This document shows, one piece after another, positions 9,829 through 20,783 of a stretch of DNA of 64,000 nucleotides. Source of the stretch: Candidatus Moraniibacteriota bacterium (lineage in GTDB: Bacteria; Patescibacteriota; Minisyncoccia; Moranbacterales; GWC2-37-73); the NCBI GenBank assembly GCA_035390125.1, contig DAOOTD010000002.1, forward strand, positions 233,908-297,907, in the 5' to 3' direction. Below the pieces are notes generated by a model that was given only the letters and a program-made list of their open reading frames with translations, was not told where the DNA came from and did not search any database. The translations under genes and the position numbers were made by a program. Numbering within the stretch: position 1 is the first letter of the stretch; each line of letters starts with the position of its first letter.

Positions 9829-9899
9829 CGGGGTGTAGTATACCGGTAGTACGCGTCCATGGGGTGGATGTAGACCGGGTTCAATTCCCGGCATCCCGA
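9829..9899 (+). tRNA. tRNA-Pro (anticodon GGG)
   Basis: Hand-folded cloverleaf. The acceptor is CGGGGTG paired with CATCCCG. The D arm is GTAT-ACCGGTA-GTAC. The anticodon arm is CGTCC-AT GGG GT-GGATG. The T arm is CCGGG-TTCAATT-CCCGG. The discriminator is A and no CCA is encoded. Confidence 0.65.
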
Positions 9900-9915
9900 C
9901 ATTAAAAATAAAACT

Positions 9916-10308
9916 ATGATTCAGCGCGCAGCAGTTATTGTGATAAAAAACAATAAAATACTTCTCATATATCGAAGAAGAAACAACTCTGAATATTTTG
10001 CAGTGCTGGGCGGACATATTGAAAATGGAGAATCTCCGGAAATTGCTGCTATCCGTGAATTGAGAGAAGAAACAAATTTGAATGCTGAAATTGACTATCT
10101 TTTTTTGGAAAATGAAGGCAATGGATGGCATAATTATTTTTTCATGGCAAAAAACATAAAAGGCGAGGCTACTTTTGGCGGAGAAGAACTTGAAAGAAAT
10201 AGCGAAGAAAATCATTATGAATTGAAATGGGTAGAATTATCCAAACTTTCTGAAGCCAATCTTTTACCAGTTGAAGTAAAGCAAAAAATTATCGAAAAAT
10301 TTATATGA
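9916..10308 (+). CDS. NUDIX hydrolase
   Basis: Nudix box GGHIENGESPEIAAIRELREETNL. Confidence 0.75.
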   Translation: MIQRAAVIVIKNNKILLIYRRRNNSEYFAVLGGHIENGESPEIAAIRELREETNLNAEIDYLFLENEGNGWHNYFFMAKNIKGEATFGGEELERNSEENHYELKWVELSKLSEANLLPVEVKQKIIEKFI

Positions 10309-10910
10309 CTTTTTTAAAACCTAAAAATAAATATACAATTGTTACTAAAAATATTATTCTTAATAATGAAAAAATTAAGTATACAATTCGCAGGCATAGA
10401 AAAGCAATAAGATTAAAAATAGCCATATCTTGTGATGGAAATTGTACAGTAACCTTGCCCTGGCGCTTAGGCTTATGGAATGCAGACGATTTTATCCGGC
10501 AAAATTCCAAATGGATTTTAGAGAAAACAGAAAAAATAAAAAAAATCAGCAACAATAACCTGCTTTTTCAGCAAAATAGGAAAGAATATCTTAAACTTAA
10601 AGAATATGCTAGAGATTTTGTCATAAAAAAAATCGAGAAACTTAATGAAGTTTATAAATTTGAATATAAAAAAATAATTATCAGAAATCAAAAAACAAGA
10701 TGGGGGAGCTGTAGTTCCAAGGGAAATTTGAATTTCAATTACAAAATAATATTTTTGCCGGAAGAATGTGTAAATTATATTATTGTTCACGAACTTTGCC
10801 ATCTTCGGGAATTTAATCATTCTGAAAAATTTTGGAATTTAGTAATGCATAATATTCCAGAATACAAAAAAATAAAAAAGCAAATAAAAGCTCTGCAGAA
10901 AGCTTTCTAA
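10305..10910 (+). CDS. YgjP/DUF45-like metal-dependent hydrolase
   Basis: HELCHLREFNHSEKFWNLV motif (HExxH...FW) near the C-terminus. Confidence 0.6.
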   Translation: MTFLKPKNKYTIVTKNIILNNEKIKYTIRRHRKAIRLKIAISCDGNCTVTLPWRLGLWNADDFIRQNSKWILEKTEKIKKISNNNLLFQQNRKEYLKLKEYARDFVIKKIEKLNEVYKFEYKKIIIRNQKTRWGSCSSKGNLNFNYKIIFLPEECVNYIIVHELCHLREFNHSEKFWNLVMHNIPEYKKIKKQIKALQKAF

Positions 10911-10968
10911 AGTTATTGATAATTCGCTTAAGTTATTCATTTTTTAATATAATATATTTATAAAAAAT

Positions 10969-11631
10969 ATGCATAAATTATTCTTAGATATTGAAACCTT
11001 ACCAGCAGATGAAGAAAAAAAAGAAACTTTAAAAATTCTTTTTGACAAAAAGCATGATGAATTTAGCCAGGAAAAATTCGATGACTTTCTGGTCAAGACC
11101 AGTTTTGACGGCGCTTATGGTCGCATACTTTGCATTGGCTATGCAGTGGATGATGAAAAGCCTAAGAATTTTTACAATGAAAATAATGAAAAAAAGACAT
11201 TGCAGGAATTCTGGGATTTAGTGAATGCGCTCAGTATAGCTCCGCGCAACGTACAGTATCCAGATTACGGACTTATTTTTGTCGGTCATAACGTCATGGA
11301 TTTCGATCTAAGATTTATTTATCAGCGTTCCATAGTTCTCGGAGTAAAGCCGGCTTATGAAATAAATTTTGCGCGATACAGAAATTATCCGATTTTCGAT
11401 ACTATGAAAGAGTGGGTTAAATGGAGCAATAATGGTGTTGGTTTGGAATATTTGGCTTTAGCACTTGGCGTACCCTCACCGAAAGATGGAATTGATGGAT
11501 CACAAGTTGCTGAATTCTACAAACAAGGAAAAATAAATGATATTCTTGAATATTGTAAAAGAGATGTTGAAACTGCTCGGGAAATATACAAAAAAATGAC
11601 TTTTGAAAAGACGTCAAAAACATTATTTTGA
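10969..11631 (+). CDS. Stand-alone PolB-like DEDDy 3'-5' exonuclease (RNase H-like fold)
   Basis: Exo I FLDIETLP, Exo II GHNVMDFDLRFIY, Exo III YCKRDVETAREIY. Confidence 0.55.
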   Translation: MHKLFLDIETLPADEEKKETLKILFDKKHDEFSQEKFDDFLVKTSFDGAYGRILCIGYAVDDEKPKNFYNENNEKKTLQEFWDLVNALSIAPRNVQYPDYGLIFVGHNVMDFDLRFIYQRSIVLGVKPAYEINFARYRNYPIFDTMKEWVKWSNNGVGLEYLALALGVPSPKDGIDGSQVAEFYKQGKINDILEYCKRDVETAREIYKKMTFEKTSKTLF

Positions 11632-11704
11632 GAAAATTTGTTATAAAATCATAGATATTTTGTATTATTGTCTGCAAGTATTAAAACTAGAGGAGGTGAT
11701 ATTT

Positions 11705-11917
11705 ATGAAAAAATTAAATGTGTTGGATTGGGTTGCTCTCGTGCTTGTAATTGTAGGGGCTGTGAACTGGGGTTTGTTAGGTTTATTTGGTTTTGACTTA
11801 GTGGCCGCCATTTTTGGCAGTATGTCATTATTGTCTAGAATTGTATATGGTCTGGTTGGACTTTCAGGAGTATACTTTATTTTTATAGTGAATATGTTGG
11901 GCAAAAAATCTGACTAA
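11705..11917 (+). CDS. DUF378-family small membrane protein
   Basis: GAVNWGLLGLFGFDLVAAIFG motif. A strong RBS GAGGAGGTG sits 6 nt upstream of the ATG at 11705. Confidence 0.6.
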   Translation: MKKLNVLDWVALVLVIVGAVNWGLLGLFGFDLVAAIFGSMSLLSRIVYGLVGLSGVYFIFIVNMLGKKSD

Positions 11918-11937
11918 ATGTTTTTTGGATCCAAAAA

Positions 11938-11976
11938 AGAAAAATTCCTAAGCTTCTGAGCGAAGGAATTTTTCTT
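11938..11976. terminator. Bidirectional terminator hairpin
   Basis: AAATTCCT-aagcttctgagcga-AGGAATTT flanked by A/T runs. It lies between convergent genes. Confidence 0.5.
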
Positions 11977-11992
11977 AAAATAATAGAAATAT

Positions 11993-12166
11993 TTATTTGC
12001 TTTTACTTTTGGTTTTTATACATTTTGTACAAATTTTTACTTTTTTGCCGTCAATTTTTTTAGTTTGAATATTGATTGCAAATTTTCTTCGGGTAGCTAT
12101 ATTTGAATGGCTTCGTGAATTTCCAAAAGTTGTTCCGCGGCCGCATATATTACATGCTCGACTCAT
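11993..12166 (-). CDS. rpmB: 50S ribosomal protein L28
   Basis: MSRACNICGRGTTFGNSRSHSNIATRRKFAINIQ matches the L28 consensus. The start was chosen at an internal Met of the listed ORF. Confidence 0.8.
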   Translation of the reverse strand: MSRACNICGRGTTFGNSRSHSNIATRRKFAINIQTKKIDGKKVKICTKCIKTKSKSK

Positions 12167-12262
12167 ATGTTTTTTTATAATAATAATTTGATTTGTTACG
12201 CATTTCATTGTATCATGCACAAAGGGTTTTGGCAAGAGTGGATTTGTATAATTTGAAAGAAT

Positions 12263-12961
12263 ATGGATTTAAATTCTATAATATTTATAGGTTTTTACAT
12301 TGCAATATTAGTGTATTCAATAATAATACACGAAGTTTCTCATGGCTTTGTAGCGCTTTGGCTTGGAGATCCTACTGCAAAATATGCAGGCCGATTAAAT
12401 TTAAATCCGGTTAAGCATGTAGATATATGGGGATCAATTATTGTTCCTGTAGCGATGTTTGTTATGTCAGGTTTTGCATTCGGATGGGCAAAGCCTGTTC
12501 CTTATAATCCATATAACCTTAAAGATCATAAATGGGGGCCACTGGCAGTAGCCTTGGGTGGTCCAGGATCAAATATATTTATTGCTCTTGTTGCTGCTAT
12601 TGCAGCTAAGATTATTTTTATTCCCATGGCAGTAAAAACAGCCATAATTAACGGAGTAAAAACTGCCTCATGGGAACAAATATCTGCTATAGTTTCAGGA
12701 TCATTTGGTTCAATATTTTTCGCTTTTTTAATGATTGTAATTTTTTGGAATGTGCTTCTAGCCTTTTTTAATCTCATCCCCTTTCCGCCACTGGATGGTT
12801 CTAAACTGCTTTTTACTATTTTTTCATTTAAGACAGAAACTATAATGATGATGGAGCAATACGGTTTTATGTTGTTAATTTTGTGCGTTATAATTTTTTC
12901 AGCGCCTTTAGGTTATTTTATTAATACTATGTTGAATATATTTTTCGGTATAGCAATATAA
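12263..12961 (+). CDS. M50 family (site-2 protease-like) zinc metalloprotease
   Basis: HEVSHG motif (HExxH) in the first TM helix; multi-TM protein. Confidence 0.65.
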   Translation: MDLNSIIFIGFYIAILVYSIIIHEVSHGFVALWLGDPTAKYAGRLNLNPVKHVDIWGSIIVPVAMFVMSGFAFGWAKPVPYNPYNLKDHKWGPLAVALGGPGSNIFIALVAAIAAKIIFIPMAVKTAIINGVKTASWEQISAIVSGSFGSIFFAFLMIVIFWNVLLAFFNLIPFPPLDGSKLLFTIFSFKTETIMMMEQYGFMLLILCVIIFSAPLGYFINTMLNIFFGIAI

Positions 12962-12995
12962 ATATAAAAATAGTACATTAAAAAGGAGGGAAGGA

Positions 12996-13493
12996 GTGAT
13001 GCGAAACAAAGAAATGGTTGTTGTTTTTCCTATAATTGATTTTGTATCCGAAAAATTTGTGTTGCTCGGAGAAAGACAAAAAGATCCATGGAAAAATCTA
13101 TTTTCCGGTTTCGGAGGAAATATGGAAGAAGGTGATGAGAATCCTTGCCAAAGACAGATTCTTGAACTTGAACAGGAAGCAGTAATAATAGCTAAAGAAA
13201 CGGATCTTATAAAGAAAGCTAAATTTTTTATTGATATAAAAGGAAAAGAACCAAAAACACTTCATGTCTATACCATTGATAAATTTTCAGGAGGAGGTAA
13301 GTGCACTGAAGAAATGCACCCAAAATGGTTTTCCTTTAGGAATCTTCCTATTCATAAAATGATCAAAGGGGATGAGTTTTGGGTTCCTGGGATTCTTGCT
13401 GGAGAATATTTGACCGGAACAATATTTCGGGATGAAAATCTTAATTTTCTCGATATTAAAGTTAAATTCGCCAGTCCTCGCTTTCTTCGTTAA
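12996..13493 (+). CDS. Hypothetical protein, possible degenerate NUDIX-like fold
   Basis: GFGGNMEEGDENPCQRQILELEQEA loosely resembles a Nudix box. Confidence 0.3.
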   Translation: MMRNKEMVVVFPIIDFVSEKFVLLGERQKDPWKNLFSGFGGNMEEGDENPCQRQILELEQEAVIIAKETDLIKKAKFFIDIKGKEPKTLHVYTIDKFSGGGKCTEEMHPKWFSFRNLPIHKMIKGDEFWVPGILAGEYLTGTIFRDENLNFLDIKVKFASPRFLR

Positions 13494-13676
13494 TTTAAAT
13501 AATTAATAGGGATGTCTTTTAAGTGGGCATCCCGTTTTATTTTAATATTGACACGTTTTAAAATATCGTTTATTATAATTTTGCTATTCAAAAAGCCGTT
13601 TTTATATAAGACGAAGATGCTACTTGTAGCACCTAGGTTTTAATTTTTAAACTTTAAGTTTTTGATTTTTTAGAAT

Positions 13677-14099
13677 ATGCCAACAATAAATCAGTTAATG
13701 AAGAAAAAAAGGAAATCTACATCCAAAAAAACAAAATCACCTGCTATAATGATGACTTTTAACACGCTTAAAAATAAACCAAAAAAAACAGTCAATCCTT
13801 TTAAGCGCGGAGTTTGCATTAAGGTTGGTACTACAACACCTAAAAAGCCAAATTCAGCGCTTCGAAAAATAGCTCGCGTAAAACTTACAAATGGCATGGA
13901 AGTAACAGCATACATTCCAGGAATTGGACATAATCTCCAAGAGCATTCAATTGTTATGATTCGAGGAGGACGCGTTAAAGATCTTTCTGGAGTGCGTTAT
14001 CATATTGTTCGCGGAGTACTTGATAGTGCCGGAACAGATAAAAGAAACAGAAGCCGTAGTAAATATGGAACTAAAAAACCAAAAATAAAAGCTGAATAA
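13677..14099 (+). CDS. rpsL: 30S ribosomal protein S12
   Basis: MPTINQL...[10 protein letters not shown] conserved S12 sequence. Confidence 0.95.
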   Translation: MPTINQLMKKKRKSTSKKTKSPAIMMTFNTLKNKPKKTVNPFKRGVCIKVGTTTPKKPNSALRKIARVKLTNGMEVTAYIPGIGHNLQEHSIVMIRGGRVKDLSGVRYHIVRGVLDSAGTDKRNRSRSKYGTKKPKIKAE

Positions 14100-14119
14100 T
14101 ATTTTAATTTAAGAAGAAA

Positions 14120-14587
14120 ATGGCAAGAAGAAAAAGAACATTTCAGAAAAAGTGGAAAGCGGACTCAAGATATGGAAATATTTTAGTGGGTCGTTTTATA
14201 GGCAATTTAGTGAAAAATGGAAAGCGTAATATTGCTGAAAAAATTATTTACGATTGCTTTGATATTATTCATGATCGAACTAAAAAGGGCGGACTTAATA
14301 TTTTTGAACAGGCAATTAAAAACGTTTCGCCACTTTTAGAGCTTAAATCAAAAAGAATAGGAGGAGCAAATTATCAAGTGCCAATACAGGTTAGCGGAGA
14401 AAGAAGGCAAACTCTTGCAATTCGCTGGATATTGACTGCTGTACGTTCACGTAAAGGTAAAAAAATGGCAGAAAAATTGGCTGATGAACTTATTGATGCA
14501 TCAAATAAAGTTGGAAGTGCAATAAAAAAGCGTGACGATACGCACAGAATGGCTGAAGCCAACAAAGCTTTTGCTCATTTTGCATAA
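14120..14587 (+). CDS. rpsG: 30S ribosomal protein S7
   Basis: S7 sequence; str operon position. Confidence 0.95.
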   Translation: MARRKRTFQKKWKADSRYGNILVGRFIGNLVKNGKRNIAEKIIYDCFDIIHDRTKKGGLNIFEQAIKNVSPLLELKSKRIGGANYQVPIQVSGERRQTLAIRWILTAVRSRKGKKMAEKLADELIDASNKVGSAIKKRDDTHRMAEANKAFAHFA

Positions 14588-14634
14588 TTTTTATACAAGA
14601 ACTTTTTTAATATAAAAGTAAAAGTTAATTAAGT

Positions 14635-16710
14635 ATGGCCAAGGACATTTCTAAACTGAGAAATATAGGTATTATAGCTCACATAGACGGCGGGAAAACA
14701 ACAACCACAGAGCGTATTTTATTTTATACTGGAATTACTCATAAAATCGGAGAAGTACATGAGGGTGAAGCAACAATGGACTGGATGGAACAGGAACGCG
14801 AACGTGGAATTACAATTACCAGTGCGGCTACGACTTGTTTCTGGAAAGAGCATCAAATTAATATAATTGATACTCCCGGACATGTGGATTTTACAGTTGA
14901 AGTAGAAAGATCGCTGCGGGTGCTTGATGGCGCAGTGGTTATTTTTGACGGAAAAGAAGGAGTAGAACCACAATCTGAAACTGTTTGGCGCCAAGCTGAC
15001 AAATATCATGTCCCGCGCATGTGTTTCGTAAATAAGATTGATAAGGAAGGGGCTGATTTTAATTTTGTCATGAAATCAATCTGGAATCGTTTGACTCCGA
15101 ATGCAGTAGCCATTCAAATTCCGATCGGAGAAAGAAGTGAATTTAGTGGTGTTGTTGATCTTATCAAAATGAAATCCTACACATTCGAAGGTAATATGGG
15201 AGAAAAAGTTGTAGAGAATGAAGTTCCAGCAGAGCTTTTGGAAAAAGCCAAAGAAATGCGAGAAAAGATGATTGAAAAAATTTCAGAAACAGATGATGCG
15301 CTAACTGAAAAATATCTGAATGGAGAAGAAATTTCTATTGAAGAACTCAAGACGGCGCTTCGCAAAGCGGTTATTGACGTAAAAATTGTACCTGTGCTTA
15401 CAGGAACAGCTCTTCGTAACAAGGGGGTTCAGTTAGTTCTAGATGCAGTTGTAGAATATTTGCCATCACCTATTGATATTCCTCCAGTTAAGGGGAATAG
15501 TCCGAAAGATGGAATAGAAATTGAAAGAAAAGCCGATAACAGTGAACCATTTTCAGCTTTAGCTTTTAAAATTGCTACAGATCCTTTCGTGGGTCAGCTG
15601 ACTTTCTTCCGTGTTTATTCAGGAACATTAAAGGCTGGGTCATATGTTATAAATTCAACCAAAGGAGAAAAAGAAAGGATCGGACGCATACTGCAGATGC
15701 ATGCTAATCACCGCGAAGAAATTCAGGAAATTTCTGCGGGTGGAATCGGCGCGCTTGTTGGACTCAAAAATACGACAACCGGAGATACTCTTTGCGATGA
15801 ACAAAACCAGATTATATTGGAAAATATTACTTTTCCAGAACCAGTTATTGATATTGCTGTTGAACCAAAAACTAAAGCTGATCAGGAGAAAATGGGAATG
15901 GCTCTCAGAAAATTGGCCGGTGAAGATCCAACCCTACGTCTTAGAACTGATGAAGAAAGCGGACAGACAATTATCTCTGGAATGGGAGAACTTCACCTAG
16001 ATATCATTATTGATCGCATGAAACGGGAATTTAATGTTGAAGCCAATATCGGTCAGCCGCAAGTTGCTTATAGGGAAACGATTAAAACAGAAGCGCAGGC
16101 GGAAGGAAAATATATTCGTCAATCTGGAGGACGTGGACAATATGGTCATTGCTGGCTAAAAGTTGAACCGCAAGAACCAGGTAAGGGTTATGAATTTGTT
16201 GATGAAATCAAAGGTGGAGTTATTCCCCAAGAATATATTAAGCCAGTTAATGCTGGAGTTAAAGAAGCTTTAGAAAATGGAGTCTTAGCTGGTTATCCAA
16301 TGGTAGATGTTAAAGTTACATTATATGACGGATCTTTCCATGAAGTCGATTCTTCTGAAGCAGCTTTTAAAATTGCTGGGTCTATGGCTGTGCAAGAAGC
16401 TGTAAAAAGAGCTAATCCAGTTATCTTAGAGCCAATTATGAAAGTTGTAGTTACAACGCCAGAACAATTCATGGGAGATGTAGTAGGAGACATAAACTCA
16501 CGAAGGGGAATGATAAAAGAGATCAATGATCGTGGAGAAGGTAATGCGAGAGTTAAAGAAATTGAATCAGAGGTTCCATTGGCAAATATGTTTGGATATG
16601 CAACACAAATGAGAAGCATGACTCAGGGACGAGCCAGTTACTACATGGAATTTTCACGCTACAGTGAAGTCCCAAAAAATGTAGCTGAGGGGATAATCAC
16701 GAAGAAATAA
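14635..16710 (+). CDS. fusA: Elongation factor G
   Basis: [10 protein letters not shown]1 motif and DTPGHVDF motif; 691 aa. Confidence 0.95.
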   Translation: MAKDISKLRNIGIIAHIDGGKTTTTERILFYTGITHKIGEVHEGEATMDWMEQERERGITITSAATTCFWKEHQINIIDTPGHVDFTVEVERSLRVLDGAVVIFDGKEGVEPQSETVWRQADKYHVPRMCFVNKIDKEGADFNFVMKSIWNRLTPNAVAIQIPIGERSEFSGVVDLIKMKSYTFEGNMGEKVVENEVPAELLEKAKEMREKMIEKISETDDALTEKYLNGEEISIEELKTALRKAVIDVKIVPVLTGTALRNKGVQLVLDAVVEYLPSPIDIPPVKGNSPKDGIEIERKADNSEPFSALAFKIATDPFVGQLTFFRVYSGTLKAGSYVINSTKGEKERIGRILQMHANHREEIQEISAGGIGALVGLKNTTTGDTLCDEQNQIILENITFPEPVIDIAVEPKTKADQEKMGMALRKLAGEDPTLRLRTDEESGQTIISGMGELHLDIIIDRMKREFNVEANIGQPQVAYRETIKTEAQAEGKYIRQSGGRGQYGHCWLKVEPQEPGKGYEFVDEIKGGVIPQEYIKPVNAGVKEALENGVLAGYPMVDVKVTLYDGSFHEVDSSEAAFKIAGSMAVQEAVKRANPVILEPIMKVVVTTPEQFMGDVVGDINSRRGMIKEINDRGEGNARVKEIESEVPLANMFGYATQMRSMTQGRASYYMEFSRYSEVPKNVAEGIITKK

Positions 16711-16784
16711 ACTTAAATATTTCATAAAAGCAACTTCACATGAGGTTGTTTTTTAAAGTAAAAAATCATGACTTTTTGAATATA

Positions 16785-16822
16785 GAAAAAGGAACACAAT
16801 TATTTGTGCTCCTTTTTAATTT
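16785..16822. terminator. Bidirectional terminator between fusA (+) and the phosphatase gene (-)
   Basis: AGGAACAC-aattattt-GTGCTCCT with T runs on both sides. Confidence 0.45.
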
Positions 16823-16859
16823 TGTTCTTTATAAGTATTTAACAATAAAGCCTTTTTTA

Positions 16860-17327
16860 TCACTTGGGAAATGGGTGATAAATCGCTTTGCTTACAAGCC
16901 ATCCCTGACCATAGCTTGTTTCACTTAAATAACCTTTATGACCAAATTTTTTTGCTACATGAGAAGCTAGTGCCGGAACGAGGTCAAGATGTGATATTCC
17001 GAGAAGAATAGTATTTTCACGAAGATTTTCGTCCAGAAGTTTTTTGACCTCATCAATATTTGGGAAATGGCCATTGTCTTCCCAGAGGCACTCTTTAAAA
17101 ATTACCATTGCAGCAGGAATACCCAGTTCTTCTGCAATAAGTTGCCCTCCCTGTTGGGCTCTTGGCGCCGTTGAACAAATAAGGGTCACAGGAAAATTAT
17201 TAACATTCATTTCTTTTATTTGCTGAGCAACTTTTATCATCTGTTCCCGACCCCTTTCACTTAAATTTCTACTGTCATCATAACTCCCATGTCGTATTGC
17301 TATAAAAACAGTATCGCTTTTTTCCAT
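16860..17327 (-). CDS. Histidine phosphatase family protein (PGAM/SixA-like)
   Basis: RHG motif (IAIRHGSYDD). An RBS AAAGGAGGG lies upstream of the chosen ATG at 17327. Confidence 0.6.
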   Translation of the reverse strand: MEKSDTVFIAIRHGSYDDSRNLSERGREQMIKVAQQIKEMNVNNFPVTLICSTAPRAQQGGQLIAEELGIPAAMVIFKECLWEDNGHFPNIDEVKKLLDENLRENTILLGISHLDLVPALASHVAKKFGHKGYLSETSYGQGWLVSKAIYHPFPK

Positions 17328-17522
17328 AAAACCCTCCTTTATTTTTTTTGGTACTATAATAAGTAAAATAAAATATTTTGTTAATGTCAAATAGGTATGT
17401 GTAAAGATATTACTAAAGCAATTGTTCTAAAAATAGCACGTACCAATGTAAACATAAAAAAGGCTTTTTTAAGGCAAAAACAAATATTATGAAAAGCAGG
17501 GCTTTAAATGCAGCTTTTTCTC

Positions 17523-17550
17523 TTGACAAGATTTTATAGTAGTGTAGAAT
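17523..17550 (+). promoter_or_regulatory. Promoter TTGACA-N16-TGtAGAAT for tuf
   Basis: TTGACA at 17523-17528 and an extended -10 TGTAGAAT at 17543-17550. A structured leader of about 150 nt follows. Confidence 0.45.
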
Positions 17551-17706
17551 GAATCATGTATCGAATTTTCCTTAAAAGGAATTTTTGTGTTTGCTTAAAA
17601 AAGAAATTTATTATATAGTAAATAAATAAAATTTAAAATAAATTATCTTAATTAATTACGCAACGTGAGGGCTATTAAAACCCTAAGCGTTAGCGAAAAA
17701 AATATT

Positions 17707-18900
17707 ATGGCAGCAGAAAAATTTGATCGCTCAAAACCTCATGTAAATGTGGGGACAATCGGACATGTTGACCACGGAAAGACTACTCTTACCGCGGCCA
17801 TTCTTCATTGTCTGAGTTTAAAAGGTTTTGCCAAGGAAAAAAATGTTAATGAAATTGATAACGCTCCTGAAGAAAGGGAACGTGGAATTACTATTGCTAC
17901 ATCCCACTGCGAATACGAATCTGATAAACGTCATTATGCTCATGTAGACTGTCCTGGGCATGCAGACTATATTAAAAATATGATTACCGGAGCAGCTCAA
18001 ATGGATGGTGCTATTCTCGTAGTTAGCGCAACTGATGGACCTATGCCTCAGACGAGAGAGCATATTTTACTTGCTCGCCAAGTAGGTGTGCCTGCAATTG
18101 TTGTTTTTATAAATAAAGTTGATATGGTAGATGATCCTGAGTTAGTTGATTTAGTTGAAGCAGAAATTCGTGAACTTCTAACTAAACAGGAATTTGACGG
18201 GGAAAATGCTGCTATTATACGTGGTTCAGCTATTAAAGCTCTTGAAACTAAATCAGTTGATGACGCTGATGCTAAGCCAATATTTGACCTAATTGATGCT
18301 TTAGATGCGCAAATACCAGATCCTGTTCGCGATACTGAGAAACCATTTTTGATGCCCATTGAAGATATTTTCTCAATTGAAGGTCGCGGAACAGTAGTAA
18401 CAGGAAGAATTGAACGTGGTACAATAAATATAAATGAAGAAGTTGAAATCGTTGGTCTTAAACCAAGCGCTAAAACAGTTGTGACTGGAATAGAAATGTT
18501 TAATAAATCACTTGATAAAGGACAGGCTGGAGACAACGCCGGACTTTTACTAAGGGGGATCAAAAAAGAAGATATTGAGCGTGGACAAGTTCTTGCAAAA
18601 CCAGGTTCGATTACTCCTCATTCTGAGTTTGAAGGAGAAGTATATATTCTTACAAAAGAAGAAGGCGGAAGGCATACTCCATTTTTCAAGGGCTATAAAC
18701 CTCAATTTTATGTTAGAACGACTGATGTGACTGGGGAGGTCATTTTGCCAGAAGGAACTGAGATGGTTATGCCTGGAGACACTATTCATTTAACTATAAA
18801 ATTGATTTCTCCTGTGGCTATGGAAGAAGGAATGCGCTTCGCGATTCGTGAGGGAGGAAAAACAGTTGGAGCTGGTGCAACGACAAAAATTATCAAATAG
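17707..18900 (+). CDS. tuf: Elongation factor Tu
   Basis: [28 protein letters not shown]; 397 aa from the internal Met. Confidence 0.95.
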   Translation: MAAEKFDRSKPHVNVGTIGHVDHGKTTLTAAILHCLSLKGFAKEKNVNEIDNAPEERERGITIATSHCEYESDKRHYAHVDCPGHADYIKNMITGAAQMDGAILVVSATDGPMPQTREHILLARQVGVPAIVVFINKVDMVDDPELVDLVEAEIRELLTKQEFDGENAAIIRGSAIKALETKSVDDADAKPIFDLIDALDAQIPDPVRDTEKPFLMPIEDIFSIEGRGTVVTGRIERGTININEEVEIVGLKPSAKTVVTGIEMFNKSLDKGQAGDNAGLLLRGIKKEDIERGQVLAKPGSITPHSEFEGEVYILTKEEGGRHTPFFKGYKPQFYVRTTDVTGEVILPEGTEMVMPGDTIHLTIKLISPVAMEEGMRFAIREGGKTVGAGATTKIIK

Positions 18901-19049
18901 TTTTGGATAAACCAAGCAGACATAATTAAAATTGTGTCTGCGAATGTTTACCCCGGGCGAGTATTTTTATCGAAAAAATTGTTTTATATTTTTTTAAAAG
19001 GGTAAATGAAATAATTTTAAAAAGTAATTTGTTATTTTATTAGAATTAG

Positions 19050-19385
19050 ATGGTAGGGAAAAAAACAGATTCAGAACAATTATCAAATCGGATCAGAATC
19101 AAAATCAAAGCGTATGATAATAAGGTTATTGATCAATCAGCGCGGAAGATTGTTGAGACAGCAGAAAGATCAGGATCTCGTATTACGGGTCCTGTTCCGC
19201 TTCCTACAGAGATCCATAAAATGACTGTTAATAAATCAACATTCGTTTATAAGGATGCAAGAGATCAATATGAAATGAGAATACACAAAAGACTCATTGA
19301 TATATGGAATCCTAACCAGAAAACTGTGGAAAACCTGACAAGTTTGGATCTGCCTGCGGGAGTTGATATTGAAATAAAAATGTGA
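19050..19385 (+). CDS. rpsJ: 30S ribosomal protein S10
   Basis: [23 protein letters not shown]...GPVPLPT. Confidence 0.9.
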   Translation: MVGKKTDSEQLSNRIRIKIKAYDNKVIDQSARKIVETAERSGSRITGPVPLPTEIHKMTVNKSTFVYKDARDQYEMRIHKRLIDIWNPNQKTVENLTSLDLPAGVDIEIKM

Positions 19386-19557
19386 CACAAGTAATTGCGG
19401 GTGCATAAGCAGTTTAATTTTGTTTAAAATCTCGCGATTATTTGTAAACTAGTTAAAGTCCGTTTAGGGCGGATACTCAACTAGCTAAGTCGGAAGTATT
19501 CCGACAAATGCTGGCTGAAAAGCTAGTTTTTTATTAGAAAAAAATTCAAAGAAAATT

Positions 19558-20121
19558 ATGGCAAAATATATACTCGGAAAAAAAATAGGAATGACCACAT
19601 TGTATGATAAAAATCAAGGAGCTTTAAATGTGACTCTTGTTGAGTGTCAACCAAATACAGTTTCCGTCCTAAAAAACAAGGAAAAAAATGGTTATAATGG
19701 AGTGCAATTAGAAATTTTAAAAACCAAAAATAAGGTTTATCGCAAGGAATTTCGTTTGGAAGAAGATCCTAAGAATGAGGTTGGTAGTAAAATCACTGTA
19801 GAAAATTTTCAGGTGGGTGACATAGTGAAAGTCAGCGGAATCTCAAAAGCTAAGGGTTTTCAAGGTGTTGTAAAAAGACACGGTTTCAAAGGTGCTCCAA
19901 AAAGCCATGGTCACAAGCATGATCTTAGAGCACCAGGATCAATCGGTGCACAGCAGCCGCAGCATGTTATTAAAGGAAAAAGAATGGCGGGAAGAACTGG
20001 AGGTAAAAGAGCAACAGTTAAAAATATGAAAATTGTGCATATAGATGTCGAGAAAAATATTTTGGCAATAAAAGGGGGAATCCCAGGTGTTTCTGGGAGA
20101 ATAGTTGAAATAAGAGGGTAA
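19558..20121 (+). CDS. rplC: 50S ribosomal protein L3
   Basis: L3 sequence; operon position. Confidence 0.9.
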   Translation: MAKYILGKKIGMTTLYDKNQGALNVTLVECQPNTVSVLKNKEKNGYNGVQLEILKTKNKVYRKEFRLEEDPKNEVGSKITVENFQVGDIVKVSGISKAKGFQGVVKRHGFKGAPKSHGHKHDLRAPGSIGAQQPQHVIKGKRMAGRTGGKRATVKNMKIVHIDVEKNILAIKGGIPGVSGRIVEIRG

Positions 20122-20141
20122 ATGTATTATATCCAATAATT

Positions 20142-20771
20142 ATGGCAAAGGTTGCAGTATACAATTTAGAAGGTAAAAAAATAGAGGATCTGGAAGTTTC
20201 AGACGCTGTGTTTGGTTTGAAATTAAACAATGAATTGCTTCATCAGGTTTTTATGATTATTTCAGGTAACCAAAGAAACTCTATAGCTCACACAAAAGGC
20301 AAAGGAGAAGTGGCTGGAAGTGGGAAAAAACCATTTAGACAAAAAGGTACTGGAAATGCAAGACAAGGTCAAAAAAGAAATCCTGTAATGAAGGGTGGAG
20401 GCGTTTCTTTTGGGCCAACTAAAGATAGAAATTTTAAGAGAGCTTTGAACAAAAAAATGAAAAGCAAAGCTCTGTGTGTTTCAATAAGTGATAAACTTAA
20501 TAATGGCAATTTGATAGCAGTTGACAGTTTTAAAATTGAAAAAAATAAAACAAAAATATTTGCTGAAGCTCTGAAAAATTTAGATATTAAAGGAAAAATA
20601 TTGGTTAGTTTTTTAGATAAGGAAAAGGATTTAATATTAGCCAGTAGGAATATTAGAAATATCAAAAATATAATGACTAAGGATTTAAATGTTATGGAGT
20701 TGTTGAATAATAAGTATTTGCTGGTCAGCAAAGATTCAATAAAGTATATAGAGGATAAATATAAAAAATAG
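20142..20771 (+). CDS. rplD: 50S ribosomal protein L4
   Basis: L4 sequence; operon position. Confidence 0.9.
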   Translation: MAKVAVYNLEGKKIEDLEVSDAVFGLKLNNELLHQVFMIISGNQRNSIAHTKGKGEVAGSGKKPFRQKGTGNARQGQKRNPVMKGGGVSFGPTKDRNFKRALNKKMKSKALCVSISDKLNNGNLIAVDSFKIEKNKTKIFAEALKNLDIKGKILVSFLDKEKDLILASRNIRNIKNIMTKDLNVMELLNNKYLLVSKDSIKYIEDKYKK

Positions 20772-20783
20772 GTAGAAAATTTT

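Noticed and set aside
9861-9899. tRNA-like mini-helix (acceptor plus T-arm only) considered for the TGGGGTG...CATCCCG pairing.
   Set aside because: A full cloverleaf is obtained with the upstream CGGGGTG acceptor strand, giving a normal tRNA-Pro(GGG).
9808-10215. 135-aa - strand ORF overlapping tRNA-Pro and the NUDIX gene.
   Set aside because: Overlaps a tRNA and a motif-bearing CDS on the other strand; spurious.
12193-12414. 73-aa ORF overlapping the rpmB promoter region and the start of the M50 protease gene.
   Set aside because: Overlaps a better-supported CDS in another frame; no motifs.
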